A stretch of DNA of 64,000 nucleotides from Rhodoluna sp. (GTDB lineage: Bacteria; Actinomycetota; Actinomycetes; Actinomycetales; Microbacteriaceae), in NCBI GenBank assembly GCA_044373385.1, contig JBILQF010000003.1, positions 29,409-93,408 on the forward strand, given 5' to 3'. Made by a program: the position numbers and the translations under genes. The notes under the pieces were generated by a model. It searched no databases, was not told where the DNA came from, and was given only the letters and a program-made list of their open reading frames with translations. Positions within the stretch are counted from its first letter, which is position 1, and every line of letters starts with the position of its first letter. Positions 10,095 to 22,756 of the stretch are shown here, piece by piece.

Positions 10095-11132
10095 TTGATT
10101 TCAGAGCGTAATACCGCTGTTCTGCGGTCAATTATCGAAGACTTCATTTTGACTAATGAGCCTGTGAGCTCAAAGGCCCTTCTTGAAAGACACCAGTTTG
10201 GTGTGTCTAGTGCAACCATCAGAAATGACATGGCTGTCCTTGAAGAAGAGGGATACATCCAAGCGCCTCACACATCTTCTGGTCGTGTTCCAACCGATAA
10301 GGGTTACCGAGTTTTTGTTGATCAGATGATCAACTCTGAAGTTACAGCAGAGCTAAAGAAGAACCTAGTTGAACTCAACAGATTATTCTCTAAGACTCTG
10401 GACCAGCTAACTGACCTGGATGAGAAGCTACATACTTCAGCTCAACTACTTGCTAAGGCAACTGGTGAAGCAGCAGTGGTTCAGTATCCAAACCTGCAGA
10501 GCACCTTTGTTCGTTCTATTGAGTTCGTAAAGGTCTCTGATAACAGAGTTCTAGTCTTACTAATTACTCAAGCAGATCGTATTGCTCAGCACATTGTTCA
10601 TCTGAGTAGTGATGTTACTGACCAGCAGTTGACTCAGTTCAAGACTTCATTCAGCCAGGTTTGTTCGGGAGCATCTATAGAGTCTCTTCCTGAAAAGCTA
10701 AGCAACCTAGTAGCTAAGTCTCAACCAGATGTTTGTGCGAATGTGAAGTTGCTTGTAGAAGGAATTCTGGTTCTCATCAAGGCAAGTAAGCAAGACAAGG
10801 TCGCGTTTGCTGGAGCTTCTAACCTTGTTCGTTCAGAACAAGAGTTTGCAGGTGGTTTGTCTTCTCTTCTGGAAACCTTTGATGAAGGAACAGACATCTG
10901 GAATGTTTTGAATCTGTGGAAAATTGATGCTGAAACTCCGAAGGCCATCATAGGTTCAGAGAATAGTGTTACTGAATTCTCAACTAGTTCACTTCTTCTC
11001 TCTGGATATAGCAATAGCGGAACTGACCTAGCAAAGATTGCGGTACTTGGACCAACCCGAATGAACTATGCAAAGAACCTTGCTGCTGTTCTGGCTTTAT
11101 CTCAACTTTTATCAAAGAATCAAGAGGACTAA
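10095..11132 (+). CDS. hrcA: Heat-inducible transcription repressor HrcA
   Basis: ERNTAVLRSIIEDFILTNEPVSSKALL..SSATIRNDMAVLEEEGYI winged-helix N-terminus. TTG start 5 nt after the aaggag RBS. Confidence 0.9.
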   Translation: MISERNTAVLRSIIEDFILTNEPVSSKALLERHQFGVSSATIRNDMAVLEEEGYIQAPHTSSGRVPTDKGYRVFVDQMINSEVTAELKKNLVELNRLFSKTLDQLTDLDEKLHTSAQLLAKATGEAAVVQYPNLQSTFVRSIEFVKVSDNRVLVLLITQADRIAQHIVHLSSDVTDQQLTQFKTSFSQVCSGASIESLPEKLSNLVAKSQPDVCANVKLLVEGILVLIKASKQDKVAFAGASNLVRSEQEFAGGLSSLLETFDEGTDIWNVLNLWKIDAETPKAIIGSENSVTEFSTSSLLLSGYSNSGTDLAKIAVLGPTRMNYAKNLAAVLALSQLLSKNQED

Positions 11133-12215
11133 TTGGCTGATCATTACGAGGTGTTGGGTGTCTCTAGAGATGCTAGCCAAGAGCAAATCAAGAAAGCCTA
11201 TCGAAAGCTAGCTCGTGAGCTTCACCCTGACATGAACCCAGGTGAAGCTGAGCAAGAGCGTTTCAAGCTAGTTACGCACGCCTACGAGGTGTTGAGTGAT
11301 GAATCTTCACGTCAGCAGTACGACCTGGGCGGTTCTTCACCATTCGGAGACTCTGCTGGTTTTGGTTTTGGCGACATCTTTGAGAACTTCTTTGGTGGTG
11401 GGCAAAGAGGTCCTAAGAAGATGGCTGAGCGTGGACAAGACGCTCTACTAAGAGTTGAACTAACTCTTGCTGAAGTTGTCTTCGGTGTTGAGAAACAGAT
11501 TGAGATTGACACTGCAATTATTTGTGACACTTGTCTAGGAACTACTTGTAGACCAGGAACATCACCTGTGGTGTGTGACATCTGTAGAGGTTCAGGCCAG
11601 ATTCAAAGACAAGTTCGTTCTATTCTTGGAAATGTAGTTACATCTGCTCCTTGTGGCAGCTGCAGAGGCTATGGTCAGACTGTTCCAGACCCATGTGTTG
11701 ACTGTCGTGGACAGGGAAGAACTAGAGCAAGAAGAACCCTAGATCTAAACATCCCAGGGGGAGTCGAGCACGGATTGCGTCTTCAACTATCCGGTCAAGG
11801 TGAGGTTGGTTTTGCTGGCGGTGCTTCAGGAGACATCTACGTTGAAATAAGCGTCAGAGCAGAACAGTTTTTTGAAAGAGATGGTGATGATCTAATTGCC
11901 ACCCTGGAAGTTCCTCTTCACGATGCAGCACTAGGAACAATAGTTCCTATTGAAACATTTGATGGAAAAGTTGATGTTGAAATCAAAGCAGGTGCTCAAA
12001 CCGGAGATGTTGTCACACTAAAAGCCAAGGGAATCAAACACCTTAGACACAATGGTCGCGGAGATTTAAATGTTCGTATTCAGGTGCTCACTCCTTCAAA
12101 GCTAGATTCTAAAGAAAAAGAACTCTTCAAGAAGTTAGCTGAACTTCGTAAGTCAGATAAACCTGGACTTGCTAAAGTCAATCAGTCAAACTTCGGGCGT
12201 AGGTCACGCAAGTAA
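11133..12215 (+). CDS. dnaJ: Chaperone DnaJ (type I)
   Basis: J domain with HPD (ELHPDMNP), G/F region, four CxxC(x)G-type zinc-finger repeats, and C-terminal domains. Confidence 0.95.
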   Translation: MADHYEVLGVSRDASQEQIKKAYRKLARELHPDMNPGEAEQERFKLVTHAYEVLSDESSRQQYDLGGSSPFGDSAGFGFGDIFENFFGGGQRGPKKMAERGQDALLRVELTLAEVVFGVEKQIEIDTAIICDTCLGTTCRPGTSPVVCDICRGSGQIQRQVRSILGNVVTSAPCGSCRGYGQTVPDPCVDCRGQGRTRARRTLDLNIPGGVEHGLRLQLSGQGEVGFAGGASGDIYVEISVRAEQFFERDGDDLIATLEVPLHDAALGTIVPIETFDGKVDVEIKAGAQTGDVVTLKAKGIKHLRHNGRGDLNVRIQVLTPSKLDSKEKELFKKLAELRKSDKPGLAKVNQSNFGRRSRK

Positions 12216-12943
12216 TGGTTGAACCACTATTTCATAAAGACAATCTCGTGGCTGAGGTCGGTTCTCTAGTTGAGTTAGATGGGCCTGAAGGTAAGCACGC
12301 GGTTCAGGTAAGAAGAATGCGTCAGGGTGAGGCTATTCAAATAAGCGATGGCAAAGGCCTTAGAGTTCGTGGAACTGTTGCTGAGCTATCTGGTTCAACT
12401 TTGAAGTTGCAAGTGACTGAGGTTATCAAGGAAGAATTACCGAGCAGACAGATCACACTTGTGCAAGCCCTTGCTAAAGGTGACCGCGATGAGCTGGCCA
12501 TTCAAGCAGCAACTGAACTTGGAGCTAAGGGAATCATTCCCTGGCAAGCCTCAAGATCTATCTCTCGATGGGAAGGCCCAAAGATTGCTAAGGGTCAGGC
12601 AAGATGGCAGCAGATTGTTAGTGAGGCTGCGAAGCAGAGCCTTCGTGCCTACACACCAGAGGTGATGAGCATTGTTGATACCAAGGAGCTTGAGGCACTT
12701 GTTTCTAACTTTGACTTAGTGCTGGTTCTCGATACTTCAGCGACAGTAAGTGTTGCTGAAGCAGGCATTCCTAGTTCAGGCACCATTGCTTTAGTAGTAG
12801 GCCCAGAGGGTGGAATTGAACAGAGCGAACTAGATGCTTTACAGGCTGCAGGAGCGAAGCTAGTTAGCCTTGGGGCTAATGTGCTTCGAACATCTACTGC
12901 TGGACCTGCACTAATTGCTGCTCTTATGTTGGGCAATGTCTAG
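12215..12943 (+). CDS. rsmE: 16S rRNA (uracil1498-N3)-methyltransferase RsmE
   Basis: PUA-like N-terminus and SPOUT C-terminus with LVVGPEGGIEQSEL. Follows dnaJ as in many bacteria. Confidence 0.85.
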   Translation: MVEPLFHKDNLVAEVGSLVELDGPEGKHAVQVRRMRQGEAIQISDGKGLRVRGTVAELSGSTLKLQVTEVIKEELPSRQITLVQALAKGDRDELAIQAATELGAKGIIPWQASRSISRWEGPKIAKGQARWQQIVSEAAKQSLRAYTPEVMSIVDTKELEALVSNFDLVLVLDTSATVSVAEAGIPSSGTIALVVGPEGGIEQSELDALQAAGAKLVSLGANVLRTSTAGPALIAALMLGNV

Positions 12944-12977
12944 GTCAACCTTAGAATTAGAGAAATAAGGAGTTTCA

Positions 12978-13301
12978 TTGGATTGCATTTTCTGCAAGAT
13001 TACCTCGGGAGAAATCCCTGCAACATTCGTAGCTGAATCAGAGCACGCCGTTGCCTTCAAAGATATCAACCCAGCCCAGCCTGTCCATGTACTTGTTGTT
13101 CCTCGAGTTCACTATAAAGATGTTGCGGAATTGGCCGTTGCGGACACTGAAGTTTTAGCTGATCTCATTCAACTTGGTGTGAAGGTGGCAGAGCTAACTT
13201 CAACTGGTTCATTCAGACTTCAATTCAATACCGGGGCAGAAGCGGGGCAAACTGTGTTCCATGCTCATGGTCACATAACTAGCAGAACTCCGAGGTCTTA
13301 G
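12978..13301 (+). CDS. HIT-family (histidine triad) nucleotide hydrolase
   Basis: MDCIFCKI N-terminus and HAHGHI histidine-triad motif. Confidence 0.9.
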   Translation: MDCIFCKITSGEIPATFVAESEHAVAFKDINPAQPVHVLVVPRVHYKDVAELAVADTEVLADLIQLGVKVAELTSTGSFRLQFNTGAEAGQTVFHAHGHITSRTPRS

Positions 13302-14302
13302 TGTCAAACGAACCTATATCTCAAGACACCAAGCTAGAGTTTTCAATCAATCTTCCAAACCTCATTTCTGTCTTCGGCACAGAAGATCAACTGCTGAAAT
13401 CTATCGAAGCAATTCATCCAGAAGTGTCTGTTCTAGTTCGAGGCAACGTGGTTAGCATTTCAGGCAAGGAGCAAGGTTGCTTCGCTGCTAAGAAACTTAT
13501 TGATGAAGCAATCAAGTTGGTTGAAGCAGGTCTCATCATTGCTCCTGCTGATATTGCTAGATCTGCAAAGATGATTGACCAACAGGTTTCTCCCGCTCAG
13601 ATGCTAAGTCAGAGCATCATCTCAGCTCGTGGCAAGAACATTAGACCCAAGACTGTCAACCAAAAGAACTATGTTGACGCTATCGATCAGAACACAATTG
13701 TTTTTGGAATAGGTCCTGCCGGAACAGGTAAGACTTACTTGGCTATGGCTAAAGCGGTTCAAGCGTTGCAGAGGAAAGAAGTCAGTCGCATTATTTTGAC
13801 TAGACCTGCTGTCGAAGCAGGAGAGCGTTTAGGTTTCTTGCCTGGAACACTTAGTGACAAGATTGATCCTTACCTAAGGCCTTTGTTCGACGCTCTTCAC
13901 GACATGATGGATCCTGAAACAGTTCCAAAGCTTATGGCAACAGGGGCAATTGAAGTTGCACCTCTTGCATACATGAGAGGTAGAACTCTAAATGATTCAT
14001 TCATCATCCTTGATGAAGCTCAGAACACAACACCAGAGCAAATGAAGATGTTCCTTACTCGTCTAGGTTTCAACTCCAAGATGATTGTCACAGGAGATGT
14101 GACACAGATTGACTTGCCAGGTGGCACATCTGGTTTGAAGATTGCTAAGAACATCCTTAGCGATGTTGAAGACATGGCTTTCTGTGTTCTTGATTCAACA
14201 GATGTTGTTAGACACTCACTGGTTGGAAAGATTGTTGACGCCTACTCAAAGTTCGAAGAGAAGGCTGCAAAATCAAAGGGATTGCCGGGTAAGAACCGAT
14301 GA
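13301..14302 (+). CDS. phoH: PhoH-like ATPase
   Basis: Walker A GPAGTGKTYLA, ILDEAQN Walker B, KH-like N-terminal domain. phoH-ybeY-corC-era synteny. Confidence 0.9.
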   Translation: MSNEPISQDTKLEFSINLPNLISVFGTEDQLLKSIEAIHPEVSVLVRGNVVSISGKEQGCFAAKKLIDEAIKLVEAGLIIAPADIARSAKMIDQQVSPAQMLSQSIISARGKNIRPKTVNQKNYVDAIDQNTIVFGIGPAGTGKTYLAMAKAVQALQRKEVSRIILTRPAVEAGERLGFLPGTLSDKIDPYLRPLFDALHDMMDPETVPKLMATGAIEVAPLAYMRGRTLNDSFIILDEAQNTTPEQMKMFLTRLGFNSKMIVTGDVTQIDLPGGTSGLKIAKNILSDVEDMAFCVLDSTDVVRHSLVGKIVDAYSKFEEKAAKSKGLPGKNR

Positions 14303-14757
14303 GCATTGAAATAGAGAATGAATCTGGAGTAGAAGCTCCTCTCGAGCATATTCTCGGCTTAGCTGAGTTTGCTTTAGAAAAGATGCATATTGACTCAGCA
14401 GCTGATGTTGAGATTCTTCTTGTCAACGAGGTTGTCATGGAGGCCTATCACCTTGACTGGATGCAGGAGAGTGGATCTACTGACGTTCTATCCCAACCTA
14501 TTGATGGGCTTAGACCAGGTAAACCAAGCGAGAAGACACCAGCAGGGCACCTAGGCATGATTGTTCTTTGCCCTCAGGTAGCTGCTCGTCAGGCAGTTGT
14601 TGCCAAGCATTCAGAACTTCAAGAGACACTGATCCTTGTTGCTCACTCAATTCTTCATCTACTTGGTTACGACCATGCTGAAAAGCAGGATGAGATAGAG
14701 ATGTTTGCTCTGCAGCAGGAGATCGTGTCGGAATACCTAGAAAGTGTTGGTGTCTAA
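14299..14757 (+). CDS. ybeY: rRNA maturation endoribonuclease YbeY
   Basis: HSILHLLGYDH zinc-binding motif, 152 aa. Confidence 0.9.
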   Translation: MSIEIENESGVEAPLEHILGLAEFALEKMHIDSAADVEILLVNEVVMEAYHLDWMQESGSTDVLSQPIDGLRPGKPSEKTPAGHLGMIVLCPQVAARQAVVAKHSELQETLILVAHSILHLLGYDHAEKQDEIEMFALQQEIVSEYLESVGV

Positions 14758-15885
14758 ATGCTGTTCCTAGCAATCTTTATTGCCTTGATATTGGCCAGCT
14801 GCGCCTACCTACTAGCAATTGCTGAAACTGCAATCAGGCTAAATGATGAAGATAGTCGATCAACCGATGGCATATCTTTTGCTCGATTAGTGTTTGTCGG
14901 CCTGTTTGGAATTGTAGTTAGCCAATCCTTTACACCAGGAAGATTCCCTTGGTGGTTGGTAGCAATCCTTTCAGTTTTTATAGTTATTGGTTTGGTTTTC
15001 ACTCTCCAGCTTGTCGGTCGCTCGATTGGTAAGAGTCCGTTCGGTCTTAAGGTCTTGAAGTTACTTGCTCCAGTAATCAAGTCAATCAACATTCTCTTCA
15101 CTCCACTTAGCCTTCCAACTGAGGAAACTGAAGAGTTTGAAGCGGAACTAATTGAATCTGTTGAAGAACTCTCTGAAACTATTTCTCGAGAAATTATGGT
15201 GCCAAGAATTGACATGGCAACTGTGAAGGAAGATCAGACCCTAGATGAGTCAATGACAGTGTTCTTCAGATACGGTTTCTCCAGACTTCCAGTGATTGGT
15301 AAGAACCTTGATGACATCAAAGGTGTTCTATATATCAAGGATGTAGCGAAGCTAATCCATGAGAATCCATCTAAGGCAGCGAGTGTCACTGCAGTTGACT
15401 TAGCAAGAAAAGCCATCTTCGTGCCTGAAAGTAAGCCGGTAGATGATCTCCTTCAGGAAATGCAACTTTCCTCAACTCACATTGCTCTAATCGTTGATGA
15501 GTATGGTGGTGTAGCAGGGCTTGCCACCATGGAAGATGTTATTGAAGAGATTGTTGGAAACATTAGTGATGAGTTCGATAACGACTTACCTGACATTGAA
15601 GAGTTAGAAGACGGTTGGGTTCGAGTAAGTGCCAAGCTTCCATTGTTTGAACTTGGTGAGCACTTCGACTTAGAGCTTGAAGATGAAGACGTTGACAGTG
15701 TTGGTGGTCTACTAGCTAAACAACTCGGTCGTCTACCAGGTAGGGCAGACAAGATTGAGTTCTCAGGTTTAGAGATTAGAGTTGAACGCATTGAAGGTCG
15801 TCGTAAGAGAGTTATCACAGCTCAAGTTCGTATGACAGCTGAATTGATTTCATCAAGGGCAGCATTAGAAGAAGAGAACGAATGA
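14758..15885 (+). CDS. CNNM/CorC-type hemolysin family protein (DUF21 TM domain, CBS pair, CorC_HlyC)
   Basis: N-terminal TM helices, REIMVPRIDM..CBS pair, and C-terminal transporter-associated domain. Confidence 0.85.
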   Translation: MLFLAIFIALILASCAYLLAIAETAIRLNDEDSRSTDGISFARLVFVGLFGIVVSQSFTPGRFPWWLVAILSVFIVIGLVFTLQLVGRSIGKSPFGLKVLKLLAPVIKSINILFTPLSLPTEETEEFEAELIESVEELSETISREIMVPRIDMATVKEDQTLDESMTVFFRYGFSRLPVIGKNLDDIKGVLYIKDVAKLIHENPSKAASVTAVDLARKAIFVPESKPVDDLLQEMQLSSTHIALIVDEYGGVAGLATMEDVIEEIVGNISDEFDNDLPDIEELEDGWVRVSAKLPLFELGEHFDLELEDEDVDSVGGLLAKQLGRLPGRADKIEFSGLEIRVERIEGRRKRVITAQVRMTAELISSRAALEEENE

Positions 15886-16772
15886 GTGAATTTAGATCCG
15901 GTTTCGTTTCCTTCGTCGGAAGACCGAATGTTGGAAAGTCAACTCTTACCAACGCATTAGTCGGTGAGAAGATTGCGATCACCTCATCTAAGCCACAAAC
16001 CACTAGAAGAGCTATTCGTGGAATCGTGAACACCGAGAATGCTCAAATCATCCTTGTAGACACACCAGGTCTGCACCGACCACGAACTCTCTTGGGTCAA
16101 AGACTCAACAACTTAGTAGAAAACACTCTCGGTCAGGTCGATGTAATTGGTTTCTGTGTTCCAGCCAACGAGAAAATCGGTCCAGGAGATAACTTCATCA
16201 ATGATCAGGTAGGCGAGTATCGCCGAGCAAAGTTCGTAGCACTGGTTACCAAGAGCGAAACAGTAAGCCGAGACGCTTTAGCTCAGCAGTTGGTTGCTAT
16301 CAGTCAAATGCGTGAATGGGACGCCGTTATTCCAGTTAGTGCAGTCTCAGGTGAGCAGCTAGAAGAGCTTAAGACAGTTTTAGGTTCACTACTTCCTAAG
16401 TCCAATGCCTTGTATCCAACCGATATGGCCACCGAAGAGAGCCTTGAGGACAGAGTTTGTGAGCTTATCCGTGAGGCTTCTCTTGAAGGCTCTAGAGAGG
16501 AGCTTCCTCACTCTTTGGCTGTAACCATAGATGAGATGGGGCCTCGTAAGGACTCCAACATCTATGACATCCACGCTAACCTCTGGGTTGAGAGGGATAG
16601 CCAGAAGGCCATCATTATCGGTAAGGGTGGTTCTAGGCTCAAGCAAATCGGTATGGAAGCCAGAGCTGAGATTGAAAAGCTAGTTGGAACCAAAGTAATG
16701 CTCAAGATTCACGTTAAAGTGGCCCCTGACTGGCAGAGAGATCCAAAACAATTGGGTCGACTAGGTATGTAA
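15882..16772 (+). CDS. era: GTPase Era
   Basis: GRPNVGKSTLTNAL G1, DTPG, C-terminal KH domain. Confidence 0.95.
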   Translation: MSEFRSGFVSFVGRPNVGKSTLTNALVGEKIAITSSKPQTTRRAIRGIVNTENAQIILVDTPGLHRPRTLLGQRLNNLVENTLGQVDVIGFCVPANEKIGPGDNFINDQVGEYRRAKFVALVTKSETVSRDALAQQLVAISQMREWDAVIPVSAVSGEQLEELKTVLGSLLPKSNALYPTDMATEESLEDRVCELIREASLEGSREELPHSLAVTIDEMGPRKDSNIYDIHANLWVERDSQKAIIIGKGGSRLKQIGMEARAEIEKLVGTKVMLKIHVKVAPDWQRDPKQLGRLGM

Positions 16773-16793
16773 GGCTGTGTTAGCCTAAAAGCC

Positions 16794-16835
16794 ATGTTTA
16801 CGATTCTCCTGCTTAGTTACCGCGGCGAGGCCTAA
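16794..16835 (+). promoter_or_regulatory. Candidate leuA leader peptide MFTILLLSYRGEA (three consecutive Leu codons)
   Basis: 13-codon ORF (atg ttt acg att ctc ctg ctt agt tac cgc ggc gag gcc taa) about 105 nt upstream of leuA. Its 3' end and the downstream sequence can form alternative GC-rich pairings. Confidence 0.6.
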
Positions 16836-16898
16836 TTCCGGCCCTCCCCGTCGCGGTGCTTTACGCATGACCGGAACCCCCATCTGTAAATCTGTTGA

Positions 16899-18668
<1,770 letters not shown>

Positions 18669-18678
18669 TACTTGGATA

Positions 18679-19404
18679 GTGCCTACCTATCGAGATGAAG
18701 CAATCGTGCTTAGAACCCACAAACTGGGTGAAGCAGATCGCATCGTTACCTTGCTAACGAGGTATCACGGTCAGGTAAGAGCAGTAGCAAAAGGTGTTAG
18801 AAGAACAGCATCAAAGATTGGTGCGCGTCTTGAACCTTTTATGGTTGCTGACATTCAGTTCTATGAGGGTAAGAATCTAGACACGGTTACTCAAGCTGAA
18901 ACTATTGGTGCCTACGGCAGCATGATCTCTGATGACTACTCATCTTTCACAGTTGCCAACGTAATGGCAGAAACTGCTATGCGTTTGACTGGAGAAGAGA
19001 GAGCTACTCAGCAATATCTACTTCTTATTGGAGCGCTCCGTTCTCTTGCAAACAAAGAACATGCTCCAGCACAAATTCTTGATAGCTATCTACTTAGAGC
19101 ACTAGCAGTTGCTGGGTGGGCAGCTAATTTCGCTAACTGCACTGGTTGTAATGCTGAAGGACCTCACACTGGTTTCGTTATTCAAACAGGCGGTGTTGTT
19201 TGTGCTGCTTGTATGCCTCCAACTGCTGCTTTAATTAGCTATGAGGTTTCAACTCATCTTGGAGCTCTTCTTGCAGGAGAGTGGGAGTTAGTTGAAGCAT
19301 CAGATGATCAAACTAAGGTTTCAGCTTCCGCTATCGTAAGTGCTTATAGTCAATGGCATATCGATCGCGGATTGAAATCCTTTAACCATTTGGAGAGAAC
19401 ATGA
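18679..19404 (+). CDS. recO: DNA repair protein RecO
   Basis: [26 protein letters not shown]-fold N-terminus and Cys-rich zinc motif CTGC..CAAC. Confidence 0.9.
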   Translation: MPTYRDEAIVLRTHKLGEADRIVTLLTRYHGQVRAVAKGVRRTASKIGARLEPFMVADIQFYEGKNLDTVTQAETIGAYGSMISDDYSSFTVANVMAETAMRLTGEERATQQYLLLIGALRSLANKEHAPAQILDSYLLRALAVAGWAANFANCTGCNAEGPHTGFVIQTGGVVCAACMPPTAALISYEVSTHLGALLAGEWELVEASDDQTKVSASAIVSAYSQWHIDRGLKSFNHLERT

Positions 19405-20147
19405 AGTTGCCTAAGTTCACAGGAGCAGTTCCTGAACACGTAGCTATCGTGATGGATGGAAACGGTCGTTGGGCTAACGCCAGAGGGCTAACGAGGGTTG
19501 AAGGACATCGTGCAGGTGAAGCAGCACTTATGGATGTTATTGAAGGTGCTATTCAAGCAGGAGTAAAGTACCTAACTGTCTTTGCTTTCTCAACTGAGAA
19601 CTGGAAGAGATCTCCAGATGAAGTGAAGTTCCTAATGAACTACAACAGAGAAGTTCTTCGCAGAAGAAGAGATGAACTTGATGGTTGGAACGTGAGAATC
19701 AAATGGGCAGGTAGAAGACCTAAGCTTTGGCCAACTGTTATTGATGAATTGCTTGTTGCTGAGAAGCAGACTGCTAAGAACAAAGGCCTTACCTTCACAA
19801 TGTGTGTGAACTATGGCAGCCGCATTGAGATTGTTGATGCTATCAACCAGATTGTCGAAGACTCGAAGTCAGGAAAGTTAAACGGAGCCCTTACCGAGAA
19901 GAAGATGCAAAAGTATCTTCTGACCAAGGACCTACCTGATGTGGACCTATTTATTAGATCTAGCGGTGAGACCAGGATCAGTAACTTCCTGCTATGGCAG
20001 TCTGCTTATGCTGAGTTTGTCTTCCTAGATGTCCTTTGGCCTGATTTCTCTAGAAAGGACCTGTGGGCTGCTATTGAGCAGTATTCCAAGAGGAATAGAA
20101 GATTTGGTGGGGCAGTAGATAAGCCGAAGAAGGCAAAGGGCAAGTAA
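19401..20147 (+). CDS. uppS: Isoprenyl (undecaprenyl/decaprenyl) diphosphate synthase, cis-prenyltransferase
   Basis: [28 protein letters not shown]-like [14 protein letters not shown]. Confidence 0.9.
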   Translation: MKLPKFTGAVPEHVAIVMDGNGRWANARGLTRVEGHRAGEAALMDVIEGAIQAGVKYLTVFAFSTENWKRSPDEVKFLMNYNREVLRRRRDELDGWNVRIKWAGRRPKLWPTVIDELLVAEKQTAKNKGLTFTMCVNYGSRIEIVDAINQIVEDSKSGKLNGALTEKKMQKYLLTKDLPDVDLFIRSSGETRISNFLLWQSAYAEFVFLDVLWPDFSRKDLWAAIEQYSKRNRRFGGAVDKPKKAKGK

Positions 20148-20198
20148 ACTTATGACTTCAAGCACCGCAGCCAACGGTGCCTTACCAAGGGAGCAATA

Positions 20199-21575
20199 AT
20201 GGCAGCCCCATCTCGCCTCGATTCAGTTATCTCACTAGCCAAAAGACGTGGTTTCGTCTTTCCTGCAGGTGAAATCTACGGTGGTACACGCTCAGCGTGG
20301 GATTACGGACCACTTGGAGTTGAACTCAAAGAAAACATCAAACGTCAGTGGTGGCGTGCAATCGTCAACTCCCGTGAAGACATTGTTGGTCTTGATAGCT
20401 CAGTTATCCTACCTCGTAAGGTCTGGGAAGCATCAGGTCACGTCAAGGAATTCACTGACCCTCTAATTGAGTGCACATCTTGTCACAAGAGATTTAGAGC
20501 AGATCACCTCGAAGAAGCTTTTGAAGAGAAGAAGGGCAGAGCTCCTTCATCCATGGCTGAGATTCCTTGTCCTAACTGTGGGTCTAAGGACATCTGGACC
20601 GAGCCTCGACTATTCAACGGTCTTCTAAAAACTCATCTGGGTCCGGTTGAAGATGAATCAGGCCTTCACTACCTAAGACCTGAAACAGCTCAGGGTATCT
20701 TCGTGAACTTCAACAACGTACTAGGTGCAGCGAGAATGAAACCGCCATTTGGTATCGGGCAAATAGGAAAGTCTTTCCGAAACGAAATCACACCTGGAAA
20801 CTTTATTTTCAGAACTCGTGAGTTCGAGCAGATGGAAATGGAATTCTTCGTTGAACCAGGAACTGATGAACAGTGGCACGATTACTGGATTGAGCAGAGA
20901 CTCAACTGGTACATCGATCTAGGTATCAACAAAGACAACCTACGTCTATTTGAACACCCGAAGGAAAAGCTTTCTCACTACTCAAAGAGAACGGTTGACA
21001 TCGAATACAAGTTCGGTTTTCAAGGGTCTGAGTTTGGTGAGTTAGAAGGTATTGCTAACCGTGGTGACTTCGATCTAACTACTCACTCACGCGAATCAGG
21101 AATTGATCTTTCATACTTCGATCAAGGTCTTGGCGAGAGATGGACTCCATATGTTATTGAACCTGCGGCTGGTCTAACCAGATCGCTAATGGCCTTCCTA
21201 GTTGATGCTTATGCAGAAGATGAAGCTCCTAACACTAAGGGTGGAGTTGATGTTAGAACTGTTCTTCGTTTGGACTATCGACTAGCTCCGGTGAAGGTTG
21301 CTGTTCTTCCGCTATCTAGAAACGAAGATCTTTCTCCAGTTGCTAAGAACCTGGCTCAAGAGCTTCGTGGTTACTGGAACATCGACTTCGATGACTCAGG
21401 TGCTATTGGTAGAAGATATCGTCGTCAAGACGAAATTGGAACTCCATTCTGTGTAACTGTTGACTTTGATTCTCTAGAAGATCAAGCAGTAACTGTTCGT
21501 GAGCGAGACACCATGGCTCAAGAGCGAGTCTCTCTAGACAATCTACGCGGTTACCTAGCTGAGAAACTTATCTAA
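20199..21575 (+). CDS. glyQS: Glycyl-tRNA synthetase (homodimeric class II GlyQS)
   Basis: [22 protein letters not shown], class II motifs, C-terminal anticodon-binding domain. Confidence 0.9.
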   Translation: MAAPSRLDSVISLAKRRGFVFPAGEIYGGTRSAWDYGPLGVELKENIKRQWWRAIVNSREDIVGLDSSVILPRKVWEASGHVKEFTDPLIECTSCHKRFRADHLEEAFEEKKGRAPSSMAEIPCPNCGSKDIWTEPRLFNGLLKTHLGPVEDESGLHYLRPETAQGIFVNFNNVLGAARMKPPFGIGQIGKSFRNEITPGNFIFRTREFEQMEMEFFVEPGTDEQWHDYWIEQRLNWYIDLGINKDNLRLFEHPKEKLSHYSKRTVDIEYKFGFQGSEFGELEGIANRGDFDLTTHSRESGIDLSYFDQGLGERWTPYVIEPAAGLTRSLMAFLVDAYAEDEAPNTKGGVDVRTVLRLDYRLAPVKVAVLPLSRNEDLSPVAKNLAQELRGYWNIDFDDSGAIGRRYRRQDEIGTPFCVTVDFDSLEDQAVTVRERDTMAQERVSLDNLRGYLAEKLI

Positions 21576-21583
21576 CTCCTAAA

Positions 21584-22756
21584 GTGAATACAACAGGTCA
21601 GTCACTTCAATACGGCGATATCACTATCGCCACGCCTGTTGTATTAGCTCCAATGGCTGGTATCACCAACACTGCATTCAGAAGACTTTGTCGTGAATAC
21701 GGTGGCGGCCTTTATGTTTCGGAGATGGTCACTTCTCGTGCACTAGTTGAGAGAACCGAAGAGTCAATGAGACTTATTGGTCATCACGAGAGTGAAGGCA
21801 TCAGAAGTGTTCAGTTATACGGTGTTGACCCAAGGACAATCGCTGAAGCAGTAACAATGTTGGTCTCTGAAAACAGAGCAGATCACATTGACTTGAACTT
21901 TGGCTGTCCAGTTCCTAAGGTCACTCGTAAGGGTGGTGGAGCAGCGCTTCCTTATAAGCAGGATCTATTTAGCGCGATTGTGAATAGTGCTGTAAAGGCA
22001 GCTGGGGATATTCCAGTCACAGTAAAGATGCGTAAAGGTATTGATGCTGATCATCTAACTTTTCTGGATGCGGGTAAAGCAGCCAGAGATGCAGGCGTAG
22101 CAGCTGTGGCTCTTCACGCAAGAACAGCTTCTGAGTACTACTCAGGCACTGCTGACTGGCATGCTATCTATGAACTAAAAGATCAGCTCCGTGATGTCCA
22201 GGTTTTAGGTAACGGTGACATCTGGTCAGCTGGTGATGCAATTCGCATGATGCGTGAAACAGGTTGTAATGGTGTCGTTGTTGGTAGAGGCTGTCTTGGT
22301 AGACCTTGGCTCTTCGCTGACCTACAAGCAGCCTTTGAAGAATACGCAAGGAACCCAAACTCAAATGCAGCAGTAGATCCGGTTCAACCAACTCTTGGTC
22401 AGGTAGCTGAAGCCTTCAAGAAGCATGCTGTTCTACTAGTCGAGTTCTTTGAGTCTGAAGAGCGTGCATGCAGAGATATAAGAAAACACGTGGCCTGGTA
22501 TTTCAAGGGTTATCCGGTAGGTGGAGAATTCAGAGCAGCGTTGGCTCAGGTCGAATCCCTTCAGCAGATGGAGGACATCTTAGGAACCATTGACTGGGCT
22601 GCTCCTTATCCAGGTGAACTTGCCGAAGGTCCTAGAGGCCGTCTAGGTGGGGCTAAGACATGCGCTTTGCCAGAGAATTGGCTAGATTCCCGAGAACTGG
22701 TCGGAGACCAGCGTAAGGTACTGCTAGAGGCAGAACTTGGAGTATCAGGCGGATGA
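21584..22756 (+). CDS. dus: tRNA dihydrouridine synthase
   Basis: LAPMAGITNTAFRRLCRE.., DLNFGCP, GNGDI TIM-barrel flavoenzyme motifs. Confidence 0.85.
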   Translation: MNTTGQSLQYGDITIATPVVLAPMAGITNTAFRRLCREYGGGLYVSEMVTSRALVERTEESMRLIGHHESEGIRSVQLYGVDPRTIAEAVTMLVSENRADHIDLNFGCPVPKVTRKGGGAALPYKQDLFSAIVNSAVKAAGDIPVTVKMRKGIDADHLTFLDAGKAARDAGVAAVALHARTASEYYSGTADWHAIYELKDQLRDVQVLGNGDIWSAGDAIRMMRETGCNGVVVGRGCLGRPWLFADLQAAFEEYARNPNSNAAVDPVQPTLGQVAEAFKKHAVLLVEFFESEERACRDIRKHVAWYFKGYPVGGEFRAALAQVESLQQMEDILGTIDWAAPYPGELAEGPRGRLGGAKTCALPENWLDSRELVGDQRKVLLEAELGVSGG